A DNA stretch of 64,000 nucleotides. Origin: a virus. Lineage: Duplodnaviria > Caudoviricetes. Position numbers and translations under genes: made by a program. Below the pieces are notes generated by a model that was not told where the DNA came from, did no database searches, and saw only the letters and a list, made by a program, of their open reading frames with translations. Positions 19,434 through 29,396 of the stretch are shown piece after piece (within the stretch, counting starts at the first letter, position 1; every line of letters starts with the position of its first letter). The stretch is taken from positions 1-64,000 of the IMG/VR virus record IMGVR_UViG_3300021958_008605; one strand, written 5' to 3'.

Positions 19434-21611
19434 TTAAATTAACCCATTTTGTATCTCCGATAATATCTTTATTATTGGTTTTTGTGGATTATGTTCTGTA
19501 TGTATAAAGTGATATTTTGACCTTATCATTTTTTTAAACATAGTTCGATTGTATTCTAATACCTCCACCATTTCTTCTCTAACTTTAGCTAGTTCGTGAT
19601 GGTCTTTTTCCGATAATGATTCTATTATCATTACAATTTTATTAGTTCTTGCATGAACATCTTTAATATCATCATAAGATTCATCCCACCATTTATCAAA
19701 TGTTTTAAATCCAAGCTTTTTTAAATATTTCAATGTACCAGGATTTCCAAGTATAATAAAAGGATGGCCCATAAAAATTGGTTTCCAAGTTTTTTCAGAT
19801 ATAAATAAAGTATTTTCATGTGCTAGTGTTTCGGTTACAACCGATACAAATGTATTATGAAAATTGTCGTGATTTAAATCATTTGCTAAATTATACTGAA
19901 GTGTTGTATCAATTTCAATAGGAACCATTTCTTTTAATTTTTTAGAATATGGATATAATTCTGTATCTATATTTTTTTCTTCAAAATCACCAACACTTAT
20001 TGTTCCTAAATGTAATAAATCTTTTTCTAACAATCTACTACAAAATCCAATACGATGAGCCCTGTCCATATTTCTATTATAAGATAAAAAGAACATTCCC
20101 TTTTTTGATGGATGAAATGGTGTAATTTCACTTGGCATATGTAATGGATTTAACCAAATATCAAATGCTGAAAATGGTATTCCTTTAAACTTTAAACCTT
20201 TTTTATATAATACTTCTTTTATTCTTAAATTACCACAAATATAATAAACATTACTTTCTGGTATATTCCATTCATCATTCCATTGTGAAATAATTTCTAA
20301 ATCTCTATTACCCTCAATACCACTATATCCTTCTAATGTTAAGTAAAAAACTATTTTTGCTCTATCCTCTCGAACATCTTTTAGATATCTTTTAGATACA
20401 CAAGAATATCCTATTTTAATATTTTTTTCAAAGAAATTTGGGTCATATATTGATACAAGATATATGTGTTTATTTTTCTTTGTTTTATCTGGTGGTAATA
20501 TATTAATATATCTTTCTTCGTTTATAGGAGTAACCATTCCTTCAAATTGTTCTTTTGCGAATAACTTTTTAGTATGTTCATTATAAACATTCCATTCTCC
20601 CCATGATTTAGGAAATGATATCGTTCCTTCTTCTTTTAAATACCATGTTTTTGAACACATATGAGGTCTGTGGTAACCAATTATAGAATCATGCTCTTCT
20701 ACTGAAATATTTGTTTTACCAACCCATAGATTATAAATTCCGAGTGAAAACTCTGTTCGTTGGTCGTGAAACCACATATCTTCATATTGTCTCATTTTAG
20801 AAAAATCAACTGCATAATCTCTACTATCCTTTGAATCTACAAAAATTGGATTTAATTTTTTATCTATAATTTTTTCAATTGTATCTACTATTTCTTTTTT
20901 AGAAGTATTAAATTCATCGAAACCTATATTAAGAATCTTTCCATCAAATCCATTACAAATCATTTGAAATAATATCAATGCACAATTATCAACATGAAGA
21001 TGAGGCCTTTTAGCATCTTTATCAAATATTTCTAACTGCCTGCCTTCTTTAATATCATCAATTAAATTGTTAATAAGAACATCGTGTCTCATTGGATTAG
21101 AATATCCATATAAAGTAGATAATCTAAATATCTTATAATTATCACCTGCTTCTTGTACCAACTCTTCTGATTTTATTTTTAATTCAGAATATCGTGTGGT
21201 TACTTGTAAACTATCTTCTTCTGTAAATTTTTCTTTTTTATCTTGTCTACCATAAACACTGCAACTACTTGTAAAGAAAAACTTAAAATTAGGGTCACAA
21301 TCTTTTTTGCATTTTTCAAGAACCCATTTTAATCTATTTAGTTCTTTTGTTATGGTATCTTTTTTATCAAGTTCTAATAATCTAGGTGAAGCAAGATAAA
21401 CAATTCTATCATATTGATTCCAATTATCAATATAATCTTCTGCATTTAAAACATCATCATCAATAAATGTAAGATACTTACTATCTGGTATCAAATCGTA
21501 ATGTGTGTAATTCATTGTATCAATACAAGTTACCTCTGTTCTTACTTTTAAAAAGTTTTTTGTAAGGGGTAATCCTAAGAACCCCGCACCACCTATCATT
21601 AATACTTTCAT
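19434..21611 (-). CDS. Fusion: N-terminal NAD-dependent epimerase/dehydratase + C-terminal GT10-like paralogue-family domain
   Basis: Start MKVLMIGGAGFLG (ATG 21611, ATGA overlap), SSCSVYG, YSELK, RLSTLYG. C-terminal YNRNMDRAHR...SVVTETL...ISEKTWKP...HPFI...GFKTFDKWWDESYD. Confidence 0.8.
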   Translation of the reverse strand: MKVLMIGGAGFLGLPLTKNFLKVRTEVTCIDTMNYTHYDLIPDSKYLTFIDDDVLNAEDYIDNWNQYDRIVYLASPRLLELDKKDTITKELNRLKWVLEKCKKDCDPNFKFFFTSSCSVYGRQDKKEKFTEEDSLQVTTRYSELKIKSEELVQEAGDNYKIFRLSTLYGYSNPMRHDVLINNLIDDIKEGRQLEIFDKDAKRPHLHVDNCALILFQMICNGFDGKILNIGFDEFNTSKKEIVDTIEKIIDKKLNPIFVDSKDSRDYAVDFSKMRQYEDMWFHDQRTEFSLGIYNLWVGKTNISVEEHDSIIGYHRPHMCSKTWYLKEEGTISFPKSWGEWNVYNEHTKKLFAKEQFEGMVTPINEERYINILPPDKTKKNKHIYLVSIYDPNFFEKNIKIGYSCVSKRYLKDVREDRAKIVFYLTLEGYSGIEGNRDLEIISQWNDEWNIPESNVYYICGNLRIKEVLYKKGLKFKGIPFSAFDIWLNPLHMPSEITPFHPSKKGMFFLSYNRNMDRAHRIGFCSRLLEKDLLHLGTISVGDFEEKNIDTELYPYSKKLKEMVPIEIDTTLQYNLANDLNHDNFHNTFVSVVTETLAHENTLFISEKTWKPIFMGHPFIILGNPGTLKYLKKLGFKTFDKWWDESYDDIKDVHARTNKIVMIIESLSEKDHHELAKVREEMVEVLEYNRTMFKKMIRSKYHFIHTEHNPQKPIIKILSEIQNGLI

Positions 21612-22618
21612 TCTCTTACTAAATCTGTTGTTACACAATGGAACGAACCACCTAAAGTTCTTGAGTGTCTAATTTGACAATCAAGTGTATCGATTCCATA
21701 TTTTTTTAATTCTGTTATAAGTTCTTTTTGTCTATTATCTACAATTACAGTATTTTCATCTACCGATAATAAGTTTACTCCAATCCATAAAGATGCTCTG
21801 ATTGTTTGGTGGTATCCAATATCAACCATTGGTGGACACCAAATTTTATCCCAAGATTTTAGAAACTCTGGCATATTCTTTTCATTCACTCTTTCAGGAT
21901 TCAACAAACACAATCCTTCTCTTAAAACTGCAATCGTAGAATCAATATGAATATAAGAATATACATCTTCGATAGTGTGAACTCTATACTCATTCCCTAA
22001 GAAGTTTTGCAACCACTTAGCACCCTTTAAATTACCTGTATTAGATACTAAATATAAAATATCATTATTACATCTAAGAATGTTTGCAGCATCAAATACA
22101 GGTTCGTTGTTGTTTAGAGTGATTTTAGATAAATCTTCTCTTTGATATATTGAATCCAACAATCTTGGTTTTGGTGCAGATACCCAATTTGCACCTTGTT
22201 CCATTTTTTCAATGAATATATCTTTGAAACAATCGGTTTCAAATTGTCTTGACCTAAGAGACATTGGTGATTCAATTATATTGTTACCAATTACTGTTGC
22301 TGTATCTCTTGGACAAAAAGTATAATACTGTGAAGTTTCCCAATGTCCATTTGATATTGTTTTAGTAGTATCAATTGGTGTTGGTCTATAAACCTTAACA
22401 CCAACATCAGTTAAAAGATTAGAAAGGTTTTCTAAATCTTCATGTGTTTCATCATATACTTTTTGGTCCCAAAATCCTAATTCGTTTTTTGGTATAGAAT
22501 CATCAGTAGCATAATTTATACAATGTAAATCTTTACCATGAGTTGGCATATTTGCATTATCTACTGTTCCTACTATAACCTCTTTGAGTTTTCCCCACTC
22601 ATTGTTTACATTAACCAT
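21608..22618 (-). CDS. Amidinotransferase (glycine/inosamine-phosphate amidinotransferase family)
   Basis: NEWGKLKEVIVG, CPRD, FDAAN, HIDST, GGSFHC with the Asp/His/Cys catalytic set. Confidence 0.9.
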   Translation of the reverse strand: MVNVNNEWGKLKEVIVGTVDNANMPTHGKDLHCINYATDDSIPKNELGFWDQKVYDETHEDLENLSNLLTDVGVKVYRPTPIDTTKTISNGHWETSQYYTFCPRDTATVIGNNIIESPMSLRSRQFETDCFKDIFIEKMEQGANWVSAPKPRLLDSIYQREDLSKITLNNNEPVFDAANILRCNNDILYLVSNTGNLKGAKWLQNFLGNEYRVHTIEDVYSYIHIDSTIAVLREGLCLLNPERVNEKNMPEFLKSWDKIWCPPMVDIGYHQTIRASLWIGVNLLSVDENTVIVDNRQKELITELKKYGIDTLDCQIRHSRTLGGSFHCVTTDLVRE

Positions 22619-23423
22619 TTTTTATTTTTTTTAAAATTATTTTTTTTACTTTATCGTGGAATTTTATTCCATTGTGTGATAAATCTCGTGCTTTATCATA
22701 TAAACTTGTAGAATCATCTTTAATATTTATGATATCAAATGTTTGATAATCTGATTTGAGTTCCTGAATATAATCATTAAAAGTAATGTGAAAAACAGGT
22801 ACTCCAAGTGATTCCCATACATTATTTAAATATAGTGGAAATAATAAATCTTTTAATTTCTTTTCTCCTGAGTTTTTTATATAATACTCATTTATGTACT
22901 CATTTGAAGTATAATCATTTTTATTAACTCCAATTGTTAATACTCCTAAAACAAATTCTTCACCTGGTGAAGTTTTTGATAAACTAACTCTATAATCATG
23001 TGGATATTGATAAATTACATATTTTGGTAATCTTATATTTGTAAAATTATTATTAAATAAAATTGTATTATAAAATTGTTCCGATATACCAGAACCTCCT
23101 ATTGCTAAATTTATATTTTTTAAATTTAACTCATTGGCTAATTTATAAGAATATGTATCTTCATAAAATAAACCAACACCATAACTATAAGAACATCCAA
23201 ATGTTAGAATATAATCATTATCATTAATATCAGATAAGTTATCTGAGCGATAGCCGTACTCATTGTGTTTATAGTATATTTTTTTATTATTGTAATACCA
23301 ACTATCCTTATTTATATGTTTTATTAATTTATTAAATGTTGGATTGTTAAAGTTAATATCTGAATCATATTCATCTCCAACAGGTATTTCCAATAATTTA
23401 CTACTATTTTTTAAAATTGCCAT
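22611..23423 (-). CDS. SGNH/GDSL-like hydrolase or acyltransferase
   Basis: YKHNEYGYRS, FGCSYSYGVG, NLAIGGSG, ARDLSHNG. Confidence 0.65.
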   Translation of the reverse strand: MAILKNSSKLLEIPVGDEYDSDINFNNPTFNKLIKHINKDSWYYNNKKIYYKHNEYGYRSDNLSDINDNDYILTFGCSYSYGVGLFYEDTYSYKLANELNLKNINLAIGGSGISEQFYNTILFNNNFTNIRLPKYVIYQYPHDYRVSLSKTSPGEEFVLGVLTIGVNKNDYTSNEYINEYYIKNSGEKKLKDLLFPLYLNNVWESLGVPVFHITFNDYIQELKSDYQTFDIINIKDDSTSLYDKARDLSHNGIKFHDKVKKIILKKIKNG

Positions 23424-23424
23424 A

Positions 23425-25326
23425 TTATGATTTATATGAACATCTCCAATATCTATTTTTTCTCTGATAGTGATATGCTCTATGATAAAATTCTAAAGGT
23501 TCTAATTCTTCCTTATCGTAGTGGTCTAAAGTTATTGTTTCTGAATCTAATAAACCTAAAGTATTTTGTAGTGTATCTTGTTTATATGTTTTTTGAATTG
23601 GATAAATATTAGTATAATCTCTACACATATCCAAATTAAATCTTACAACATCTGATAAATCTTCTTTAAATTTATGTTTACAAAATTCTGTTAGTTCTTC
23701 TTGTAACCTATCTCTATTTTGTGAAAATACAATTGATGTTGCTCCTTTGTATTCCCAAAAAATATCATCATCTCCCAATACTTGTCTACCCCAAAATTTT
23801 TGTCTTTCAAAAACTCCTCTTAGTGAATCTTCACTTTCTCTAATCTCTTGTCCAATTATACTATTTTCTTTATTTTCAAAATATGAATACATTTCTTCAA
23901 TAATATCAATATGCTTTACTCCATATTTGTTAAAGATATATTCTAAAAGATAGTGACCCCACCCATAATAATAAAATACTATTAGTAAGTGGGAAAACAT
24001 ATTTCCTTTAACAACAATATCTCTTGTTGTAGTGTTCGTCCCAACCACCGCTAAAGTTCTCTCCACTATATAATCTTCTAATTCTTCTACACTTAAGTAA
24101 AATGTATCTAAAGGTACATCAACCATCTCCAATCCATACTTTTTAATATACCAAGGCTGACCCATCGTTGCATTGTAAGTAATAACAAGTGGATGTACCA
24201 TCAAGAAATCTTTTTGACCTAACTCAATCAATCTTTGAATACCATTTTTTAAAGTATCATAAGTTTCATTTGGCATCGGCCAAATTAATTCTGAATAAGT
24301 TGGTATATCAACTTCTTGATATTTGTGTAAGTATGTAAGTGCTTCTTCTGTTTTAAGATTTAATCTTTTTGAAGCATCCAATGTATCTTGATTTAAAGAT
24401 TGCATTGCAAAAGTAACACCTTTAAATAATCTTGTACCTGCTTCTTTATCCATCATTGCTATCTGATAAATTCTATCAGAGTTTGCCTTTGCCCAAGTAA
24501 CATCCCAAAACTTTGGAAATCCCTTTTCTTGTTTTGTTTTAATTACATATTCTGTAATATCAACATCTCTTGGCATCAATCCCCAATTGGAATCACAAAC
24601 TGCAACATACTCAATCTTTCTATCAGCCATCCAATCAATCTCTGCTTTGACTCTCTCCATGTCAAACATTTTGATTTTCTGCCAATAATCATCTCCAATA
24701 TCACAAAATGTACATTTGTAAGGACAACCTCTAAGAGTTTCATAAGTTACCTGCCACATTTGAGGACCATGTTCCTTTTCTACTCTTTCTATAATCTCAT
24801 CATAAAAACCTGTAAGAATTGGTGATGGAATTATATTTAAATCTTGTACTCTTGTTGGTAAAGCACAAAGTTCTCCACCTTTTGGAAATACATGAGGAAT
24901 ATCATTGTAGTTTTCTCCTTTGAGATATCTTTTTAAAAGTTCTCTTGATGCATTTTCACCCTCACCCATTACCGCAATATCAAACATAGGATATTTTTCA
25001 AAGAACTCTTTATCTCTTTTATCAACATGAGGACCACCTGTAATTGTTAAACAATTTGGGTACTTTTCTTTTGTTCTTTTTGCTAATTCTTTATTGTACT
25101 CAAAATTCCAAACATAAGAAGATAACATCATCACATGGGGTTCGTGTTCCATATCTTCAACATATTGTTTTGGTGATTTCTTTTCAATCAAAACATCTGG
25201 TACTTGAAAATTTTCTTTTACTAACTTACTTGTACTCGCATACATCCATTGGTAACTTATCGCTATGGGTAAGAAACTGTTTGGGCCATATTTATCGGCT
25301 ACTTGTATGAGGTATAAGTTTTTCAT
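23425..25326 (-). CDS. Cobalamin-binding radical SAM protein (class B methyltransferase-like)
   Basis: B12-binding domain with GGPH and GEGE; RGCPYKCTFC (CxxxCxxC); DSNWG; QSLN. Confidence 0.88.
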   Translation of the reverse strand: MKNLYLIQVADKYGPNSFLPIAISYQWMYASTSKLVKENFQVPDVLIEKKSPKQYVEDMEHEPHVMMLSSYVWNFEYNKELAKRTKEKYPNCLTITGGPHVDKRDKEFFEKYPMFDIAVMGEGENASRELLKRYLKGENYNDIPHVFPKGGELCALPTRVQDLNIIPSPILTGFYDEIIERVEKEHGPQMWQVTYETLRGCPYKCTFCDIGDDYWQKIKMFDMERVKAEIDWMADRKIEYVAVCDSNWGLMPRDVDITEYVIKTKQEKGFPKFWDVTWAKANSDRIYQIAMMDKEAGTRLFKGVTFAMQSLNQDTLDASKRLNLKTEEALTYLHKYQEVDIPTYSELIWPMPNETYDTLKNGIQRLIELGQKDFLMVHPLVITYNATMGQPWYIKKYGLEMVDVPLDTFYLSVEELEDYIVERTLAVVGTNTTTRDIVVKGNMFSHLLIVFYYYGWGHYLLEYIFNKYGVKHIDIIEEMYSYFENKENSIIGQEIRESEDSLRGVFERQKFWGRQVLGDDDIFWEYKGATSIVFSQNRDRLQEELTEFCKHKFKEDLSDVVRFNLDMCRDYTNIYPIQKTYKQDTLQNTLGLLDSETITLDHYDKEELEPLEFYHRAYHYQRKNRYWRCSYKS

Positions 25327-26021
25327 TCAATAGTAAATAGTTCGTTCTCTCTCAAATCCTTATAAGATTCCCAAGTATGAGTATCTTCGTGTTCTGTATT
25401 TAGTTGGTTAAAGAGGATTAAACCTCTTGCCGCATCTTCTGGTGTCATATACATATGATAACCAAAGATTTCAATGTTATCTTCTGTTTGTGGTTTGTTT
25501 AAATCTCTACCATCGTATCTTGCTTTTACTAACCAATCGTATGCTTCCTTATCATCAGTTAAAATCATACCACCTCTACCAATTGGTAATCTTTTTTTAA
25601 TTTGAAAAGAAAGAGTTTGAAAATTATTACCACCAATATACATTCCTTTTGTAAATCTACCTGCAGAATCCCAAACATTTAAAGGTTTAATTTGATATAA
25701 TCCTTCCCAATGTTCTTCATCTAAACTTAATCTTTTATATCCAGCAGTTACTACAACATTTGGAACTGATATATAAGTGTGAGTTGGAATTGAAATTATT
25801 TCTTTGTATTGTTTAAGATATTTTAAACATAAGAATATTGCATTGGTATCACAATCAACTGCTACCGCATATTTTGAACCAGCATATTCTGCTATTTCTT
25901 TTTCAAACATTTCCACAATTTCGTGTGGTTTATTCCAATTATAACCAAGTTCTCTAATTTGGTCTGGTTCTGGTCTTTGAAATTCTTTTGGTATTTTTCC
26001 GAGTGGCCATTTACTGTGCAT
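25323..26021 (-). CDS. DegT/DnrJ/EryC1/StrS aminotransferase (short form, 232 aa)
   Basis: FEKEIAEYAGSKYAVAVDCDTNAIFLCL, DSAG, SFQIKKRLPIGRGGMILTDD (PLP lysine). Confidence 0.85.
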   Translation of the reverse strand: MHSKWPLGKIPKEFQRPEPDQIRELGYNWNKPHEIVEMFEKEIAEYAGSKYAVAVDCDTNAIFLCLKYLKQYKEIISIPTHTYISVPNVVVTAGYKRLSLDEEHWEGLYQIKPLNVWDSAGRFTKGMYIGGNNFQTLSFQIKKRLPIGRGGMILTDDKEAYDWLVKARYDGRDLNKPQTEDNIEIFGYHMYMTPEDAARGLILFNQLNTEHEDTHTWESYKDLRENELFTIE

Positions 26022-27178
26022 TATACTAAATTATGTTTTTCTGGTATCTTTATAACTGTATTGTTTTTGTAATTATCAACAATATGTTCAACTGACCAAT
26101 CAATTGGCATTACAGGTTTACCACCTGAAGAATTGTTGTAGTATTGAGCAAACTCACTCCAAGTAGAATCTCTATTTGGTATTAACATAGGACAATATGA
26201 AAGTGCGAATAAATCAATAATATTATTAATAGCATTTCCATTTCTTCTAAATTCTTCTAAGTTAAAACCACAAGATTGTAAATAAGCATTTACAGGTAAT
26301 GTAAAAAATCTTCTATCTATAATTCTATCACCAAATCGTTGAATGTATGCTTCTAAAAATACATCAGGTAAATCATGTGATATGTAAAATTTTTGATTTG
26401 GATTTATTTTTAAAATTTTTTCTATTATTTCAAAGTATTTATCATCACTCCAAAAAGTATAATTTTCTTTAACAAGTTTGTTTTTAGAAATTTCTTTATA
26501 TACTTTTTCCATTTTTTTATCTCTGAAAGTTTTTAAATCATCATTAGTTGCAGTAACACCATTAAACCTTCTCATGTGAATACCAATAGTATCATGAGTA
26601 CCTTCTGAAATTAAATCTTTTATGTATGTATGTCTTAATTCAATTTTAGTCAAAGGTCTTTGAAATATATTATCATTATATTCACAAAACAATCCTTCGT
26701 TATCATGTAACATAGAATTAAGGGTTGTATATCCAAAATCTGAGTAGTAGTGGTTTTCTACTAATGCTTGATTATCTGATTTAACAACTTCTTTCAAAGC
26801 ACCCATATCTAACCTATCAGCAAAATAAACAGATTGACTATCAGGGTCTATTACAGTTTTAAATCTAAGTTTTTCATATTTTGTATTATAAACTGCATCT
26901 TCTAAATTTCCCAAACGGTGGTCTGTAAATGTATTTGGTAAATGAATTAACTTTAATTCTGGCCACTCATTGGCTTCTAACCATATTTTAAAAACATTGT
27001 TATTTTTTGTGTTCAAATATTCAGCGATTTCCCAATGCATGATTCTATTACAAAATCCAGTATCAGGATTTGCTATATTAACTGTAAAATGGTCGTGTTT
27101 AATATTTAATTTATTCCAACCCCCAAATGGCTCATACCATCTTAAGGTTTTTTTTGTAGTAAAACTATCTAAATACAT
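26021..27178 (-). CDS. Putative fucosyltransferase-like GT-B enzyme (GT11/GT23 NodZ-like)
   Basis: GFCNRI, IGIHMRR, FYISHD, DLFALSYC, STWSEFA pattern. Confidence 0.55.
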   Translation of the reverse strand: MYLDSFTTKKTLRWYEPFGGWNKLNIKHDHFTVNIANPDTGFCNRIMHWEIAEYLNTKNNNVFKIWLEANEWPELKLIHLPNTFTDHRLGNLEDAVYNTKYEKLRFKTVIDPDSQSVYFADRLDMGALKEVVKSDNQALVENHYYSDFGYTTLNSMLHDNEGLFCEYNDNIFQRPLTKIELRHTYIKDLISEGTHDTIGIHMRRFNGVTATNDDLKTFRDKKMEKVYKEISKNKLVKENYTFWSDDKYFEIIEKILKINPNQKFYISHDLPDVFLEAYIQRFGDRIIDRRFFTLPVNAYLQSCGFNLEEFRRNGNAINNIIDLFALSYCPMLIPNRDSTWSEFAQYYNNSSGGKPVMPIDWSVEHIVDNYKNNTVIKIPEKHNLV

Positions 27179-27185
27179 TTATTTT

Positions 27186-28643
27186 TTAATTTGGGTTATA
27201 TTCACCATCTTCGAAGTGTGTAATTTCACCTGATTTCATTTCAACATCAGGTATTGTTTGGTCAACCTCTATCTGATTGTACCACACTGCAAGTTCTGGA
27301 AAGGTTTTGCAAAAATCCTTACCCCTTCGTTTATCGTATTGTTCGTAAAATGATTTAAAATCGTGAAAGTGAGTATCATTTTCTCCTTCAGTAGTAACAT
27401 GACCTGTTTGTACAACTTCAATGTAATCTACCAATCTTTCTATCTGTGCGATTTCTCCCTCACTAAACAATTGGTAAAAATCTTCATCTTGTTTTCTTGT
27501 TTCAAACCAAGTTTTTAATTTTTTGTGTAAGAATTCTTTAACATCATTTGGTAATGCTAATGGAGACATAAATGCTGGCCATCTTAAAATATTGAAATCT
27601 ACATTAGGTCTATTCGGTCCATATTTTCTTTTTAAAACAATCATATCATCTAAAAACTCATCGATTGAAAATAAACATAGTGAGTTGATTGTCATCATTA
27701 CTGTTAAAGAACGGAATATATCTTTATTTACTCCTTCGATGAAAGCAACCATATGACTTCTCCACTCATCATAAATTAAACCATCTCTAATGTAATCGGC
27801 ATGAGGCCCATAAGCTTCATTAGATGTATATAAATCAAATTCTTTAATTGGTAATTCATAAGAAGCATCAATTAATCTTTGAATTCTTTTAAAGTTACCA
27901 CCTAAGTTTGAATTTACTGCCAATCTAAGTTTATCAGATGGATATCCTTTCATTTTATCTAAGAAACTCCAAAAGTTTGGAGATGCACAAGGTTCACCAC
28001 CTGTAATTCTTATTTCTTCTAATCCACCTTCAATCAAATCAGGCCACCATTTAAGGAAAGCCTCTACATAAGGATTTTGTTCGTTATATTTACCATTTGC
28101 ATCTGCCCAAGAACCATTGTTTTGATATGCACCAGCTGAAACTGATTTAAATTTTTGATAAGGTCCGAACTTATCTATATCTTTACCCCAAGTAGTGGAG
28201 TATCCAGCATTACAATAAGAACAAGCAAAATTACAAGTTCTATCAAACGAGGCTTCAATGGTTTTTGGAATGATATCAACATCAGCTCCTAATTCTTTAA
28301 TCTTAGCAATATCCTCTTCTTTATAAATTTTAGATTTATAAACTCTATCACCAATATTATCTCTACCAATATCTTCAATCTTCCAACAATAAGAACATTC
28401 TGCTGGTCTTTTACCCTCTAACATCATCTTTCTCTGTCTTTTTGAGAAATCTGTATTGTGAAGTTCTTGAGGTCTCTCTTTTAACTTCTCAGGGTCAATT
28501 GGGTGAGGTAATGGTAAATGACATGAGTTTTTAAAACCATGCCCTAAGTGTAACGATACATTGTACCATTTTGCTGCACAAAAACTTGGTGATATACTAT
28601 TGAGATTTTTATCTCTCCATTTTCTAAGATTATCTGTTGACAT
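27186..28643 (-). CDS. Radical SAM protein with N-terminal twitch domain
   Basis: N-terminal FCAAKW...SCH...ECSYCW; core CNFACSYC; TGGEP. Confidence 0.85.
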   Translation of the reverse strand: MSTDNLRKWRDKNLNSISPSFCAAKWYNVSLHLGHGFKNSCHLPLPHPIDPEKLKERPQELHNTDFSKRQRKMMLEGKRPAECSYCWKIEDIGRDNIGDRVYKSKIYKEEDIAKIKELGADVDIIPKTIEASFDRTCNFACSYCNAGYSTTWGKDIDKFGPYQKFKSVSAGAYQNNGSWADANGKYNEQNPYVEAFLKWWPDLIEGGLEEIRITGGEPCASPNFWSFLDKMKGYPSDKLRLAVNSNLGGNFKRIQRLIDASYELPIKEFDLYTSNEAYGPHADYIRDGLIYDEWRSHMVAFIEGVNKDIFRSLTVMMTINSLCLFSIDEFLDDMIVLKRKYGPNRPNVDFNILRWPAFMSPLALPNDVKEFLHKKLKTWFETRKQDEDFYQLFSEGEIAQIERLVDYIEVVQTGHVTTEGENDTHFHDFKSFYEQYDKRRGKDFCKTFPELAVWYNQIEVDQTIPDVEMKSGEITHFEDGEYNPN

Positions 28644-28649
28644 ATACTT

Positions 28650-29396
28650 TTATTTTATAAACTCCTTTGGTATTCTTTCAACGAAAAAGTTGTTTTTAGA
28701 ATTATCAAAAATTATACCTTGATTATTAATTGTATCGAAACTATACTTAAATATAATATTTTCATATTCTTCTAATTTATTTAGATTTGAATCTTTTGTT
28801 TTTCCAATTTTCTGTACAACTTCAATATCTACACATTCTTCTACAAAATACATTGTATCAATATCTACTGAACCATGGTATCTATGCTCTGGTACTTCAG
28901 TACCTGGATTACCTGTTCCTATTAATAATCCTTCTCCTCTATAATCATCAATCAAATTTTTATCAAAATCAATTTCACCTATTTTATTAAAATTATGATA
29001 AATGAAAAACTCATCACCATCTCTTGTTATTGTTATATCAGTATATTCTTGTAATTGTTCATACTTTACTCCATAGAATGGTAAGTAATGAAATTCATCA
29101 CCAGCAACTTTAGTAGTTCCCTCTGTCCAAAATTCTAAAGCGAGTGTATCGGCTTCTTCATTGTAAGTTAAACCAAAGTTTTTACCTGGTTTACCAAAGA
29201 TACAAAAAATTTTATCATTTTCCAAATTTTTATCCAATTTAAATCTCACATTTAATGAATACTTTTCTTGATGAAAAAGATTTGCTATTTTTTCTGATTC
29301 TTTTTTATTAAAATTTGTTACATATTGGTCATCTTTATGGTCTGATAAATCCCACTCATATTTTACCCAATATGGTTCTTTATATTTTACTATCAT
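28650..29396 (-). CDS. Hypothetical protein, probable ConA/LamG-like beta-sandwich
   Basis: YSLNVRF...IFGKPGKNFGLTY...DITITRDGDEFFIYHN...LLIGTG...YHGSVD; parallels the inserts in the GT7 genes (e.g. GYNIGLFYN, GYDYGFSYN). Confidence 0.5.
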   Translation of the reverse strand: MIVKYKEPYWVKYEWDLSDHKDDQYVTNFNKKESEKIANLFHQEKYSLNVRFKLDKNLENDKIFCIFGKPGKNFGLTYNEEADTLALEFWTEGTTKVAGDEFHYLPFYGVKYEQLQEYTDITITRDGDEFFIYHNFNKIGEIDFDKNLIDDYRGEGLLIGTGNPGTEVPEHRYHGSVDIDTMYFVEECVDIEVVQKIGKTKDSNLNKLEEYENIIFKYSFDTINNQGIIFDNSKNNFFVERIPKEFIK

